Shown: positions 21,208 to 31,363, numbered from the stretch's first letter. The stretch is 64,000 nucleotides of DNA from an uncultured delta proteobacterium (GCA_963808235.1 CAWEEQ010000004.1:608001-672000); one strand, 5' to 3'. A program made the numbers and translations. The notes: a model not told the origin generated them from the letters alone.

Positions 21208-22530
21208 CTACTTCTGCTCCGCCGGCTCGTCTGCGGGCCCGGAAGAGGCATCTTCGCGTTTTGCGCGGCTCAAAATAAAATCCAGCGCCTTCTCCCGACG
21301 CATCGTCTGCCGCAGCGCCTCCACGTTCTCTTCCTTTCTATAGAACTCCGCCGCCCGATCGCGATTACGCCCGGCCTGCGTCACGATCTCCGCCACTCGA
21401 TTCCCCAGCTCCTCATCATTGATCTCGATCTTTTCCTGCTCCGCCAGCGCGTCGACGATAAGGCCGGTCCGCGCCCGCTTCTCGGCCCGCGACTTCAGAT
21501 CCTCGCCCGCCTGCTTGACCCGCTCGCTGGCGTCCTCATGCGACAGGCCGCCCGCTTCGAGCGTCTGATGCAGTTCGGCTTCCATCGCACTCAACTCCCG
21601 GGCAACCAGAGATTCCGGCAGCTCGACCGGGTTGCGCTCGATCACAAGATCGAGCAGCCCCTGGCGCACCCGCGCATCGGCCTCCTGCTTTGCATGCGCG
21701 ACCAGCTCATTGCGGACCCTGATGCGAAACGCCTCGAGGTTCTCGTCGCCAAGATCCTTGGCGAAGTCGTCATCGACCGTCGGCAGCTCGCGCCGATAAA
21801 TTTCCTTCGGAGTCGCGCGCCATTCGATCGTCTTGCCGGCCAGTTCCTTGTGCGAGTAGTCGGCCGCGTAACTCTTCGAGGCTTTCATCTCCTTGCCGAT
21901 CTCCGCGCCCTTCAGCACTTCGTAAACGCCATGGGCGAGCGCCCGCTCGGAAACCTCGACCAGCCGATCTTCAGTCTTCGCAGTCGAGAGCGGCTTCCCG
22001 TCCTCGTACGCCTCGACCGAGGCGAGCGCGTAATCGCCGTCCGCGACCACGGTGCGATCCTCGACTTTCTTGAGCGTCCCCTGCCGCTCACGGAAACGCT
22101 CGATCGCCTCTTCGACCTGGGCGTCGGTGACCTCGACCTTCGACTCGGGGACCTTCAGGCCCTCGTAGTCCTTCACCTCGATCGTCGGGCGCAAGTCGAA
22201 GGTCGCGATGAACTTGAGCGCGAGCTCCTTCTGCAGGTCGGTCTCTTCGGTAACGATCTCCGGCGCCACCACCGGCTTGAGCGATTTCTCCTCGAGCGCC
22301 TTGTCGGTGTATTCCTTGACCAGCTTCTGCACCACCTCGGTGCGGACCTGCTCGCCGAAAAACCGCTCGAGCAGATTGCGCGGCGCATGCCCGGGGCGAA
22401 AGCCCTTCAGCACCACGCCGCGTTTGAGTTCGTTGAATGCCTTATCCAGCTCGCGCTTGATTTCGTCAGGTTCGACTTCGATCGTGAGCTTGCGCCGGAG
22501 CGTACTTGGTTCTTCTACATTTACATTCAT
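21208..22530 (-). CDS. tig: Trigger factor
   Basis: GFRPGHAP ribosome-binding motif; tig-clpP-clpX-lon synteny. Confidence 0.95.
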   Translation of the reverse strand: MNVNVEEPSTLRRKLTIEVEPDEIKRELDKAFNELKRGVVLKGFRPGHAPRNLLERFFGEQVRTEVVQKLVKEYTDKALEEKSLKPVVAPEIVTEETDLQKELALKFIATFDLRPTIEVKDYEGLKVPESKVEVTDAQVEEAIERFRERQGTLKKVEDRTVVADGDYALASVEAYEDGKPLSTAKTEDRLVEVSERALAHGVYEVLKGAEIGKEMKASKSYAADYSHKELAGKTIEWRATPKEIYRRELPTVDDDFAKDLGDENLEAFRIRVRNELVAHAKQEADARVRQGLLDLVIERNPVELPESLVARELSAMEAELHQTLEAGGLSHEDASERVKQAGEDLKSRAEKRARTGLIVDALAEQEKIEINDEELGNRVAEIVTQAGRNRDRAAEFYRKEENVEALRQTMRREKALDFILSRAKREDASSGPADEPAEQK

Positions 22531-22600
22531 GGCTGATTAATCTTAGCAGATAAACACACCGCGATTAGGGGAATCAACCGAGCGACTCGAAACAACCCTT

Positions 22601-22629
22601 TGTCATTCTGAGCGCAGCGAAGAATCCCG
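22601..22629 (+). repeat. GTCAT-tagged REP-like repeat
   Basis: TGTCATTCTGAGCGCAGCGAAGAATCCCG, same family as 50591-51202. Confidence 0.85.
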
Positions 22630-22659
22630 AATCTTTTTCGATGCGAGAACATCTCGAAT

Positions 22660-22763
22660 ATCTTTCAGGCGGCCGAGAGCAAAATGGCGTTCGCGCTCTG
22701 TGGGCTGCTTTGCGATTGAATGGACACCGGGTGCAGGGGTCACCCCTGCCGCCCCGCGCGCAG
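22660..22763 (+). repeat. About 100-bp direct repeat (partner 24081-24177) containing a GCAGGGGTCACCCCTGC palindrome
   Basis: 45-bp exact core at 22709-22753 and 24122-24166, plus a shared GCGGCCGAGAGCAAAATGGCGTTCG. Confidence 0.88.
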
Positions 22764-22786
22764 CGGTCCGAATCCGATCATCTTAT

Positions 22787-23896
22787 TTATTGAAGCGTCG
22801 GCCCGAACCGTATCGGCCCCGGCGTGAGCAAATTCGTCTTCTTCTTGTTCTGCCCGATAATCACCGACGGCGTCTGGCTTCCCCCACTCGCCAACTGGTC
22901 CGGAGTGAAATCGACGATTTGCTGAGCCGCTTCGCATTCATCGTTGTTCGCACCGACCGATACCCAGAGATCGCCCGAATGATCGAAATCAATTCCGCCC
23001 AGGCATGAACCTCCGAAGACGCGTACCGAACGCGGAAGAAGTAACTATCGTCTCCGCCGCCGGCGAGCTTTCTCCGCTCCCGGCCAGCTCTGACGCCGGG
23101 AACATTTCAAGCGCGTCTCCATGCGAAGTGCCGCCCGCAATCCACAGATTCCCCGACGCGTCGAAGCCGAGGTCCGCAACATTGAGCGCGTCAGGCAAGT
23201 CGATCGTAAGCGACGGATTCGGCGCTCCGCTCGCCGCCCGATCGCCCGGCGCAAACCTGAGCAGTTGCTGCGGGCCTAAGGCGGGCGGGAACTGCACCAG
23301 CCAGAGATTGTCGGCCGAATCGAAGCGCATCACGTTGGGAAGGAAATCCGGGCCGGTGATAGTGATACTGGCCGGCAGCGCACCGCCGTGCGCGATCTGC
23401 TTATGCGTAAACTCGACCAGCCCGTGCACGTCCGCGTCGCCGACCCACAAGTCGCCGGCCGCGTCAAAGCCGATCGTGTGCGGCACGGTGAATACCTCCG
23501 GCTTGTTCTGATTCGGATAACCAATAGTCACTTTGGGCAGCACCGTAAATCCGCTCGCGATCGCGACGATATCCGCGGCACTGATTTCCACCACCGGCGC
23601 CCCGCCGTTGCCGATCGTCGTCCCCGAAAATCCGATCCACAAGTTATTGTGCCGTCGAAAATCATCGACGTCGGATCGAAGATAACCCGGCTCCCGAACG
23701 CGAGCCGCGCGCCCGGAGTCCCGCTCTGCTTGAGCGCCTTGCCCTGAAATTCCGAAAAGAATTTCGTCCCGCCGACCCACAGCCCCCGCTCAATCGTCGC
23801 CGCCGGCTGCGCCGCCGCAATCTGTATCGCAAACCCCACCACCCCCGCCGCCGCTAGAATCAGCGAACGAATCCCAGTCCTATAATTCCGAACCAT
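22787..23896 (-). pseudogene. Secreted NHL/Vgb-like beta-propeller protein with about three frameshifts (pseudogene or read errors)
   Basis: Signal peptide MVRNYRTGIRSLILAAAG; repeated FD..G.LW units across ORFs 23528..23935, 22989..23780 and a further frame ending GPIRFGPTLQ. Confidence 0.65.
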
Positions 23897-23986
23897 TGTC
23901 CCCCCAAAAATTGCTGATCGACCCGAGCGCATCATCTAAACACCGCCCCCCGCCGGGATCAACCAAGACATCTCAAAATCAAATCA

Positions 23987-24177
23987 CCTGCGCGGTGGGC
24001 GGCAGGGGTGACCCCTTGACGCAGTGAAAGCGTGGAAGTCGAGAACGAAAATATGCGCATCGCATATTTTCGAAAAGTAAATCTTTCCAGCGGCCGAGAG
24101 CAAAATGGCGTTCGTCGGCATTTTGCGATTGAATGGACACCGGGTGCAGGGGTCACCCCTGCCGCCAGCCGCGCAGG
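23987..24177. mobile_element. MITE/REPIN-like unit with about 30-bp terminal inverted repeats
   Basis: CCTGCGCGGTGGGCGGCAGGGGTGACCCCT ... AGGGGTCACCCCTGCCGCCAGCCGCGCAGG; related copies at about 29110 and 53376-53432. Confidence 0.65.
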
Positions 24178-24362
24178 CGTGACTAAGATTCCTACGTCCC
24201 TGCTTCCCTCTCGATATCTGGACTTCGTATTCCGGAAAACTTAGACTGCGCCAGATACCCCGAGGGTATTTGCCCGGCATTGGCCCCTGCGATTTTACGA
24301 TTCGCGCCGCCGGCTCAGCCCTCAAAAAATAAACCTCGATCTTTTCAGGAGACCGTACTTAG

Positions 24363-26636
24363 ATGAGCGAAGCGAATATCGTTCTGCCCACCTTAACCAG
24401 CGGACAAGTCATGATCCTGTGGCTCGTCCTCGTCTCGGCCCTGGTCGCCCTCGGCTACGGCGTCCTTCTGATCCGCGTCGTGCTGGCCGCCGACCCCGGC
24501 CCCAAATCGATGACCGACGTGTCCGACGCCATCGAACTCGGCGCGATGGCTTATCTTGGCCGCCAGGTCAAAACCATGATCTGGTTCGTCGCCGCGATCT
24601 TCATAGCCCTCTTCTTCATGTATCGAAATGTCTATCAAGGCCTCTATCTGCCGCTCGGAATCTCCATCGCATTTCTGATGGGCGTCGCCGCGTCGTATGG
24701 CGCCGGTTACGTCGGGATGTGGCTGGCGGTCAAGGGCAACGTCCGCAGCGCCAACGCCGCGCTCACCAGCTTTAAAGATGCGATGGAACTGGCGTTCAAA
24801 GCCGGCGGCGTATCCGGGATGTTCACGGTCGGGCTCGGCCTCCTGGGCGCGACGATAATTTTTCTTGTATTCCGCGAAAATGCGATGAAGGTCCTGGTCG
24901 GCTTCGGCTTCGGCGGCTCGCTCGCCGCACTCTTCATGCGCGTCGGCGGCGGCATCTACACCAAGGCTGCCGACGTCGGCGGCGACTTGGTCGGCAAGAT
25001 CGAGCAGGACCTCCCCGAAGACGACCCACGCAACCCCGCGACGATTGCCGACAACGTCGGCGACAACGTCGGCGATTGTGCTGGGATGGCGGCCAACGTC
25101 TTCGAGTCCTACGAAGTGACTCTCGTCGCCGCGATCATCCTCGCCGCTTACGCGCTCCAGGAGTCCGACTTCATCGCCGCCTACGGCACCTATGCGGGCG
25201 CGTTCGCCGTCAAGTTGATCATGTTCGCGCTCATCCTGCGCGGCGTCGGCGTGTTCTCGTCGATCATCGGAATCATGGCGGTGCGCGTGCCGGCCGGCAA
25301 AATGCTCGATCCGATGCGCCCCATCAACATCGGCTACATGACCTCCGCGATCGCCTCGGTAATCGGATTTTTCGTAGTCAATTATTTCTATCTCGACGAT
25401 CCGCGCACCGGCGCGACCGATTGGCGCTTCGCGTGCTGCGCGTCGCTCGGAATTATTCTCGCCGTAGTAACGCTCTGGCTGACCAACTATTTCACCCACC
25501 CCGACAAAGGCCCCGTGACTGAAACTGCGATGGCGGCGCGCACCGGCCCGGCCACTTTGATTCTTTCCGGTATGGCCGAAGGCCTCGAGTCCTCAGTATG
25601 GGCGCTGCTCGTAATCGCAGCCGCAATCATCGGTGCGATGGCCATCTTCCACGAGAGTTTGGCACTCCAGTTCTACGGAATAGCACTGACCGGCTTAGGC
25701 TTGTTGACCACGACCGGCTTCATCCTCGCGATGGACACCTATGGCCCAATAACCGACAACGCCCACGGCATTTTCGAGATGGGCGGGATCCATCAGGAAG
25801 AAGCCTCAAAGACACTCTCCTGGATGGACGCGATAGGCAACACGACTAAAGCCCTAACCAAGGGCCTGGCAATCGCAACCGCAGTCTTAGCCGCAGTGTC
25901 CCTATTCCGCTCCTTCATCGATGAAGCCCACTTAGGCGCAATCGGCGTCCAGATCAACATGCCCACAGTCTTCGTAGGCCTGATGATCGGCGGCGCAGTC
26001 CCGTTCCTGTTCAGCAGTTTCGCAATAAAAGCAGTAAGCCGCGCAGCCTACCAGATCGTGTTTGAGGTCCGCCGCCAACTACGCGCGCACCCCGGCATCA
26101 TGGAAGGCAAAGAACTCCCCGACTACAGCGCGTGCGTAGACATAGTAACCGCCGCCTCCCAAAAGGAGTTACTAGGCCCCGGCATCTTGGCAATCTTCTC
26201 GCCATTGCTGGTCGGCTTCGGCCTGGGCGCAGGTGCCCTGGGGGGCTTCTTAGGCGGAACAATCCTAACTGGCCAATTGATGGCGGTCTTCATGAGCAAC
26301 GCGGGCGCCAACTGGGACAACGCCAAGAAAAAGGTTGAAGACGGCTTCTTAGGCGGCAAAGGCACCAACGTCCACAAGGCAAGCGTGGTAGGCGACACAG
26401 TAGGCGACCCTTTCAAAGACACCGCCGGCCCCGCGCTCAACCCAATGATAAAGGTGATGAACCTGGTAGCAATCTTAGCCGCCCCCTTCACCACAGCATC
26501 GCTAGGGGGCATAACCCCGCTCCGAGTAGCAGTAGTAGTCCTATCAATCATAGCATTAGCGGTAGCAGTAACCTTCTCAAAGAGAGGCTCAATCGCCGAA
26601 GAAAGCCTGGCAATAGAAACCAAGCAAGCCGCCTAA
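24363..26636 (+). CDS. hppA: Membrane-bound H+-translocating pyrophosphatase, K+-independent type
   Basis: GGIYTKAADVGGDLVGK, EDDPRNPA, DNVGDNVGD, GDTVGDPFKDT; GNTTKA carries the Lys signature of K+-independent enzymes. Confidence 0.95.
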   Translation: MSEANIVLPTLTSGQVMILWLVLVSALVALGYGVLLIRVVLAADPGPKSMTDVSDAIELGAMAYLGRQVKTMIWFVAAIFIALFFMYRNVYQGLYLPLGISIAFLMGVAASYGAGYVGMWLAVKGNVRSANAALTSFKDAMELAFKAGGVSGMFTVGLGLLGATIIFLVFRENAMKVLVGFGFGGSLAALFMRVGGGIYTKAADVGGDLVGKIEQDLPEDDPRNPATIADNVGDNVGDCAGMAANVFESYEVTLVAAIILAAYALQESDFIAAYGTYAGAFAVKLIMFALILRGVGVFSSIIGIMAVRVPAGKMLDPMRPINIGYMTSAIASVIGFFVVNYFYLDDPRTGATDWRFACCASLGIILAVVTLWLTNYFTHPDKGPVTETAMAARTGPATLILSGMAEGLESSVWALLVIAAAIIGAMAIFHESLALQFYGIALTGLGLLTTTGFILAMDTYGPITDNAHGIFEMGGIHQEEASKTLSWMDAIGNTTKALTKGLAIATAVLAAVSLFRSFIDEAHLGAIGVQINMPTVFVGLMIGGAVPFLFSSFAIKAVSRAAYQIVFEVRRQLRAHPGIMEGKELPDYSACVDIVTAASQKELLGPGILAIFSPLLVGFGLGAGALGGFLGGTILTGQLMAVFMSNAGANWDNAKKKVEDGFLGGKGTNVHKASVVGDTVGDPFKDTAGPALNPMIKVMNLVAILAAPFTTASLGGITPLRVAVVVLSIIALAVAVTFSKRGSIAEESLAIETKQAA

Positions 26637-26640
26637 GATC

Positions 26641-27490
26641 CGCCTCTCCCTCGAGAGAGGCCGCGCGTCCGTCGCGGGTGAGGGCGCGCACATCGCGCTC
26701 GATGCCCAGCACGGCACCTCCAACGGATGGCGACGAAAGTCGCCATCCGTTTCTTGGTTGTTTATTTTTGTGTCATCCTGAGCGGAGGCTGCCGGAGTCG
26801 AAGGATCTCCGCGAAGCGATGCTCCCTCCTACCTCGCCCGTGTATTGATGCGCGAGTTTCCTAGTCGCGCCACCACCCTTAACTGCTCAGCAGCCCAAAC
26901 TCAAAGGTACTCCAGAAATCTCCGCCCAGCGTGGCAGCCGAGCGGGCAGCCAACCCAACCAACCCCCGAACACCGCTACCCCCAGCGCCCTCGCATCTTA
27001 TTTTTGTGTCATCCCGAGCGAAGCCGAGGGACCCCGGATCTTTCTCGACGCCGACCGATCGCACCCCCAATCCAATGCTCAATCGATACTCGGAAAACGA
27101 GACCGTCTTTCTTTGTTTCCCCTCGACTTGAGTTTCCCTCGGGTCATCCTGAGCGGCGGCTGCCGGAGTCGAAGGATCTCCGCGAAGCGATTTCTACCAA
27201 GCACAATTCTGGACGCATTAACCAAATGCCAATTCCTTCCCAAGCTCCGAGCACAGCGAAGAATCCCGTCTCCGGATGCGAAACCCACCATGGGTTTCGC
27301 CCTTCCCCTCGTGACGTGCAACTTCTCCGATACCTCGCCCGTTATTTTCACGGGAGACGACGCCGACCGCTCCGCGGTCGGTAGGTGAGGGTTCTGCGAT
27401 CCAAGCAACCCGCCGAACAACACACCTCAGCGTCCGCGCTCTTTGTGTCATTCCGGGCGAAGCCGAGGAACCCCGGATCTTTCTCAACGT
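26641..27490. repeat. Cluster of REP-like repeats from several families
   Basis: GTCAT-type copies at 26771, 27007, 27143 and 27446 (degenerate one at about 27245); CTCTCCC/GTGAGGG type at 26641 and about 27333; GAAACCCA..TGGGTTTC at about 27278. Confidence 0.85.
26722..26755 (+). terminator. Rho-independent terminator of hppA
   Basis: AACGGATGGCGAC-GAAA-GTCGCCATCCGTT followed by T-rich tail. Confidence 0.8.
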
Positions 27491-27624
27491 CATCGACACC
27501 ACACCATGCCACTCACCAACCGATCACCCGAACATAGGTACTCCGCGCTGAACTGCTGAGGTCTCCATAAGACTTCCAGTTGACATAGCGCTTCCAAAAA
27601 GCGAATGGTGAGCTCGGCATTCCA

Positions 27625-28986
27625 ATGTCAAAAAATATAACGCATGTGATCCTCCTGATGCTGGAGAATCGCTCCTTCGATCACATACTCGGATGCTTGC
27701 AGCAGAAGTACCCGACGCTCGATGGTATCGATCCGAAGGCTCCCGCTAAGAACACCTATCAGACCATCGACTATGTCCAATCGCCCGGCGCCGCGCGTTA
27801 TCTGAACTTCGATCCGCGCCATGAGTACGAGCACGTGATGGTTCAGTTGTCGAATGGCAACGGCGGATTCGTCCAGGACTTCTCGCAGGCGTATCCCAAG
27901 GCGACTTCGACCGATCGTGCCGAGGTGATGAAGTATCACGACCTGAACAAGCTGCCCGCGATGCACGCACTGGCGCAGAACTTCACCGTCTGCGACCACT
28001 GGTTTTCATCGGTACCCGGACCGACCTGGTGCAATCGACTGTTCGCACTCAGCGGAACGTCGCTCGGCCGAGTCGCGATGGCCGAAGGAATCATGAACTT
28101 GAACCTTCACTGGTACGATCAACCCACGATCTTCGACCGGCTCAACGAGCAACAGATCTCCTGGAAAATTTATGCCGGTGACGCGCCGTTGTCCTTGCTC
28201 TTCGTCCATCAATGGGAACCACAAAATGCAGCGCGCTATCGCTTGATGACCGAATTTTATCGCAACGTCGCCTCCTTCAAAAAAGGCAGTGGTCCCACGC
28301 CAGGTCTCCCCCAATTCACTTTCATCGAACCAAGTTATTGTCAGCCGGGCGCGAACGACGCTCATCCTCCGCACGATATTCTTGCCGCCGACGCGCTAGT
28401 CGCCAACGTCTACAACGCGATCAGAGCGAACAAGGATCTATGGGATCAAACGCTGTTGGTCGTCGCGTTCGATGAACACGGAGGTTTCTTCGATCACGTA
28501 ACGCCGCCCGCTACGGTGCCTCCGGATTTTCATCAGGAGGAATACACGTTTGATCAATTCGGGGTGCGCGTTCCTGTCATCCTGGTGTCTCCTTGGGTCG
28601 ACAGGGCGATATTCTCCGATCCCATGGACCATACAGGTCTTCTGAAATATCTGCGTGGACTGTGGTCGTTGGGCCCTTTGGGCTACAGGACCGAGGTTAT
28701 TGGTTCATTCGACGCTGCGTTACTCTCGACAATGCGCGACGACAGTGTGCTCCCGAAGATTGTCTCTACGATGCCTGTCGCGGCGACTCAGCAACCGCCG
28801 CGGGTGGATTCGCTCAATACTCATTCCGGAGCGCTCGTCGCCCTGTCGCATGTTCTCGAGTCGATGGCTGAAGAAGACGCGAACGTCGTTGCCGCACGAG
28901 CGCGCCAGGTGCTGAGCGGCCCGCAGAGTCAAATCGATGCCGCAATCGACAGATTTGAAAGCTTCCTGAAAGTTCGACGCAAATAG
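27625..28986 (+). CDS. Phosphoesterase/phospholipase C family protein
   Basis: LMLENRSFDH, SSVPGPTWCNR, FDEHGGFFDHV, GVRVPVILVSPW. Confidence 0.9.
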   Translation: MSKNITHVILLMLENRSFDHILGCLQQKYPTLDGIDPKAPAKNTYQTIDYVQSPGAARYLNFDPRHEYEHVMVQLSNGNGGFVQDFSQAYPKATSTDRAEVMKYHDLNKLPAMHALAQNFTVCDHWFSSVPGPTWCNRLFALSGTSLGRVAMAEGIMNLNLHWYDQPTIFDRLNEQQISWKIYAGDAPLSLLFVHQWEPQNAARYRLMTEFYRNVASFKKGSGPTPGLPQFTFIEPSYCQPGANDAHPPHDILAADALVANVYNAIRANKDLWDQTLLVVAFDEHGGFFDHVTPPATVPPDFHQEEYTFDQFGVRVPVILVSPWVDRAIFSDPMDHTGLLKYLRGLWSLGPLGYRTEVIGSFDAALLSTMRDDSVLPKIVSTMPVAATQQPPRVDSLNTHSGALVALSHVLESMAEEDANVVAARARQVLSGPQSQIDAAIDRFESFLKVRRK

Positions 28987-29358
28987 CCGCCTACTTTCGT
29001 TCGGCTAAACTTGAGAACGTTTCACGCGAAACATTCGCGTCGGAACCCCAGCAAATCCTACCACCCCCTTCGAACAGGCGCTACGCGCCGCATCTTACTC
29101 CTCACTCAGGTGCAGGGGCATGGCCCCTGCCCAAGGAAGCGTGAAACCCACGGTGGGTTTCACTACAATTAAATTCTGCTCTCTCTCGGCCCAGCCCGCG
29201 CTGGCCCACCCGGTTTGCTCCCAAGCTTCTCCTCACCCCATGCGACACCCTCACCCCCGCCTTCTCCCTCAAATGCCCCTATGTCATATTCGCCTACCAG
29301 AACGTAACAATAACTCATCCGGATGCCCCACTCGCGGGAGCAATCATGAGGAGCAATC

Positions 29359-30189
29359 ATGAAGTCCAAAACCTGCCGCCTGGTTTCACTTCTGATAGTC
29401 GCGTTTCTCCTGGTACCGGCCCTTGATGCGCGCGCGGATTCCTGCGACGACGCCAAGGACGCGGCCAATAAGTACACCGACTCCTACGAAGAAATTCGCA
29501 CCATCGACGTCGACGCGCTCAAGCATCTGGTCAAGGCGGTATGCGATGCGGACGCGGGCGAACGGAAGCAGGTTTTTCGCGATGAAGCCGATCGAGTCGA
29601 GAGCCTGGTTCTCGGCGAGAAGAGCAAGCTCGACGGCGAGCGCGACGACGCAAATTCAAAGCTCGACGCCGCCATCGCCGATGACCAATGCCAGGATAAG
29701 AAAGACGATCTCTCGGCTCTTAAAGATAGAATCGGGGAAGTCTCCGGACGCATCGAAAAAATTTCCCAGACCGGCGTCAAGCTCGGCAGTAATCCCGCCT
29801 TCGACAAACTTAGAGAGCTCGGCCAGCAAGCGCACGACGACTACTACTCGCACAATTCCAAATGCGCCGACTATAGAGACTTGAAGGTCGGAGACCTCAA
29901 ACCCGATTGTCTCGATCCCGATAAGTGCATGGTCATCGAGCTCAAGCCCGACAACAGCCGCGCCGCCGACAACGGATGGACCAATGCGCAGGCGTCGCGA
30001 GATCTGCTCAACAGCGACGAAGGATTCGACGCCACCGCGGAAGCGAACTCCAACTTCAAAGACGCCTTTGCGCAATGCAAGGGCAAGTTCAAAGCAAGAG
30101 TCGATTGTTATCACTACTGCCCCGATGTAGACGACGACGGGAACTTGAAGAGCACCAGTCTCGATTGGACCACTTGCAAAAGCGACTAG
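29359..30189 (+). CDS. Secreted Cys-rich protein with helical N-part and C-terminal restriction-endonuclease-fold (Tox-REase-9-like) domain
   Basis: GAGGAG RBS; signal peptide ending ARA; GQQAHDDY, KPD and IELKPDN..A motifs. Confidence 0.6.
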   Translation: MKSKTCRLVSLLIVAFLLVPALDARADSCDDAKDAANKYTDSYEEIRTIDVDALKHLVKAVCDADAGERKQVFRDEADRVESLVLGEKSKLDGERDDANSKLDAAIADDQCQDKKDDLSALKDRIGEVSGRIEKISQTGVKLGSNPAFDKLRELGQQAHDDYYSHNSKCADYRDLKVGDLKPDCLDPDKCMVIELKPDNSRAADNGWTNAQASRDLLNSDEGFDATAEANSNFKDAFAQCKGKFKARVDCYHYCPDVDDDGNLKSTSLDWTTCKSD

Positions 30190-30580
30190 CGCCCTCCCAA
30201 CCCCTTCTGTCCCACCGAATCTGTCAAGGCTGAACAGTTCATCCTTACTCAACCCCAAACAGCATGGCATTCTGACCGATGGTGAACTGGATGCAGCCTT
30301 TAGAAGAACCCGAGCGAGCGATGCGCGCGCTCGCGTCATCGATACATCCCACGACAACCTGTCACAACAATCCTCCCTCGCGATCACACATCGAAGCCGC
30401 TGGCGCACAAGCATTTGCAGCTCCCGCAACCAGCGGCCGCGCAGAAGTGTCAACCAACGGCAAGGTGTCGCAAAAACTCGCGCCAGCCGAATTTTCGCCC
30501 TCTCTTCGCTCCCCCGTCTTCTCGCTATCGCGTCCGATCAATGCGATATATTTCACGATTTCCCGGCAGGAGTTTGCATC

Positions 30581-31363
30581 GTGAAGAACGTGAAGAATCC
30601 ATTTAGTGTCGAAGGTAAAGTTACGATCGTCACCGGCGGCGGTACCGGAATCGGCGAGTCGATCGCCAAGGAGTTCGCGGCAGCCGGAGCGCCCGTCCTG
30701 ATCGCGAGCCGCAAGGTCGAAAACCTCGAGCGCGTCCGCGACGAAATCCGCAAAGCGGGCGGCAAATGCGAGATGACGCCCGTCGACGTCCGCGACGCCG
30801 AGCAATGCGACAAGATGGTCGCCGAGGCCGTCCGCCACTTCGGCCGTATCGACGTGCTGATCAACAATCACGGCGCGAGCATCACGACCCCCTCGATGAA
30901 TCTCTCGCCCAACGGATGGCGCGCGGTGGTTGGAATCAACCTCGACGGCGTGTTCTTCTGCTCGAAATCGGCGGCGCGCCAGTTTATCGAGCAGAAAAGT
31001 CCCGGCTCGATCGTGAACATATCGTCGACGGCGGGCGTGCATGGCTCGCCGACGATGCTCCCCTACGGCGCCGCGAAAGCGGGCGTGATCAATCTGACCG
31101 TGTCGCACGCCGGCGAATGGGGGCGCGCCGGAATCCGCGTTAACTGTATCGCGCCGGGACCGATCGACACCGAAGGCGCGGCGCCGCGCGTATGGCCCAA
31201 TCCGCAAGTCAAAGCGATGGTTGCGCGGTCGCGCGCGCTCGGCCGCTTCGGCCGCGTCGAGGAAATCGCGTACCCGTGCATGTTCCTCGCCTCCGACGCG
31301 TCGAGCTACGTAACCGGCGCACTATTGATAATCGACGGCGGCGAAGGCGGCCGCCTTGAGTGA
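30581..31363 (+). CDS. SDR oxidoreductase (2,4-dienoyl-CoA reductase-like)
   Basis: TGGGTGIG, YGAAK, RVNCIAPG. Confidence 0.9.
   Translation: MKNVKNPFSVEGKVTIVTGGGTGIGESIAKEFAAAGAPVLIASRKVENLERVRDEIRKAGGKCEMTPVDVRDAEQCDKMVAEAVRHFGRIDVLINNHGASITTPSMNLSPNGWRAVVGINLDGVFFCSKSAARQFIEQKSPGSIVNISSTAGVHGSPTMLPYGAAKAGVINLTVSHAGEWGRAGIRVNCIAPGPIDTEGAAPRVWPNPQVKAMVARSRALGRFGRVEEIAYPCMFLASDASSYVTGALLIIDGGEGGRLE

Noticed and set aside
25450-26636. Diversity-generating retroelement target in hppA
   Set aside because: DGRs mutate A to N in a short variable repeat and need a template repeat and reverse transcriptase. Here changes run toward A, appear confined to third positions, and no RT or template repeat is present.
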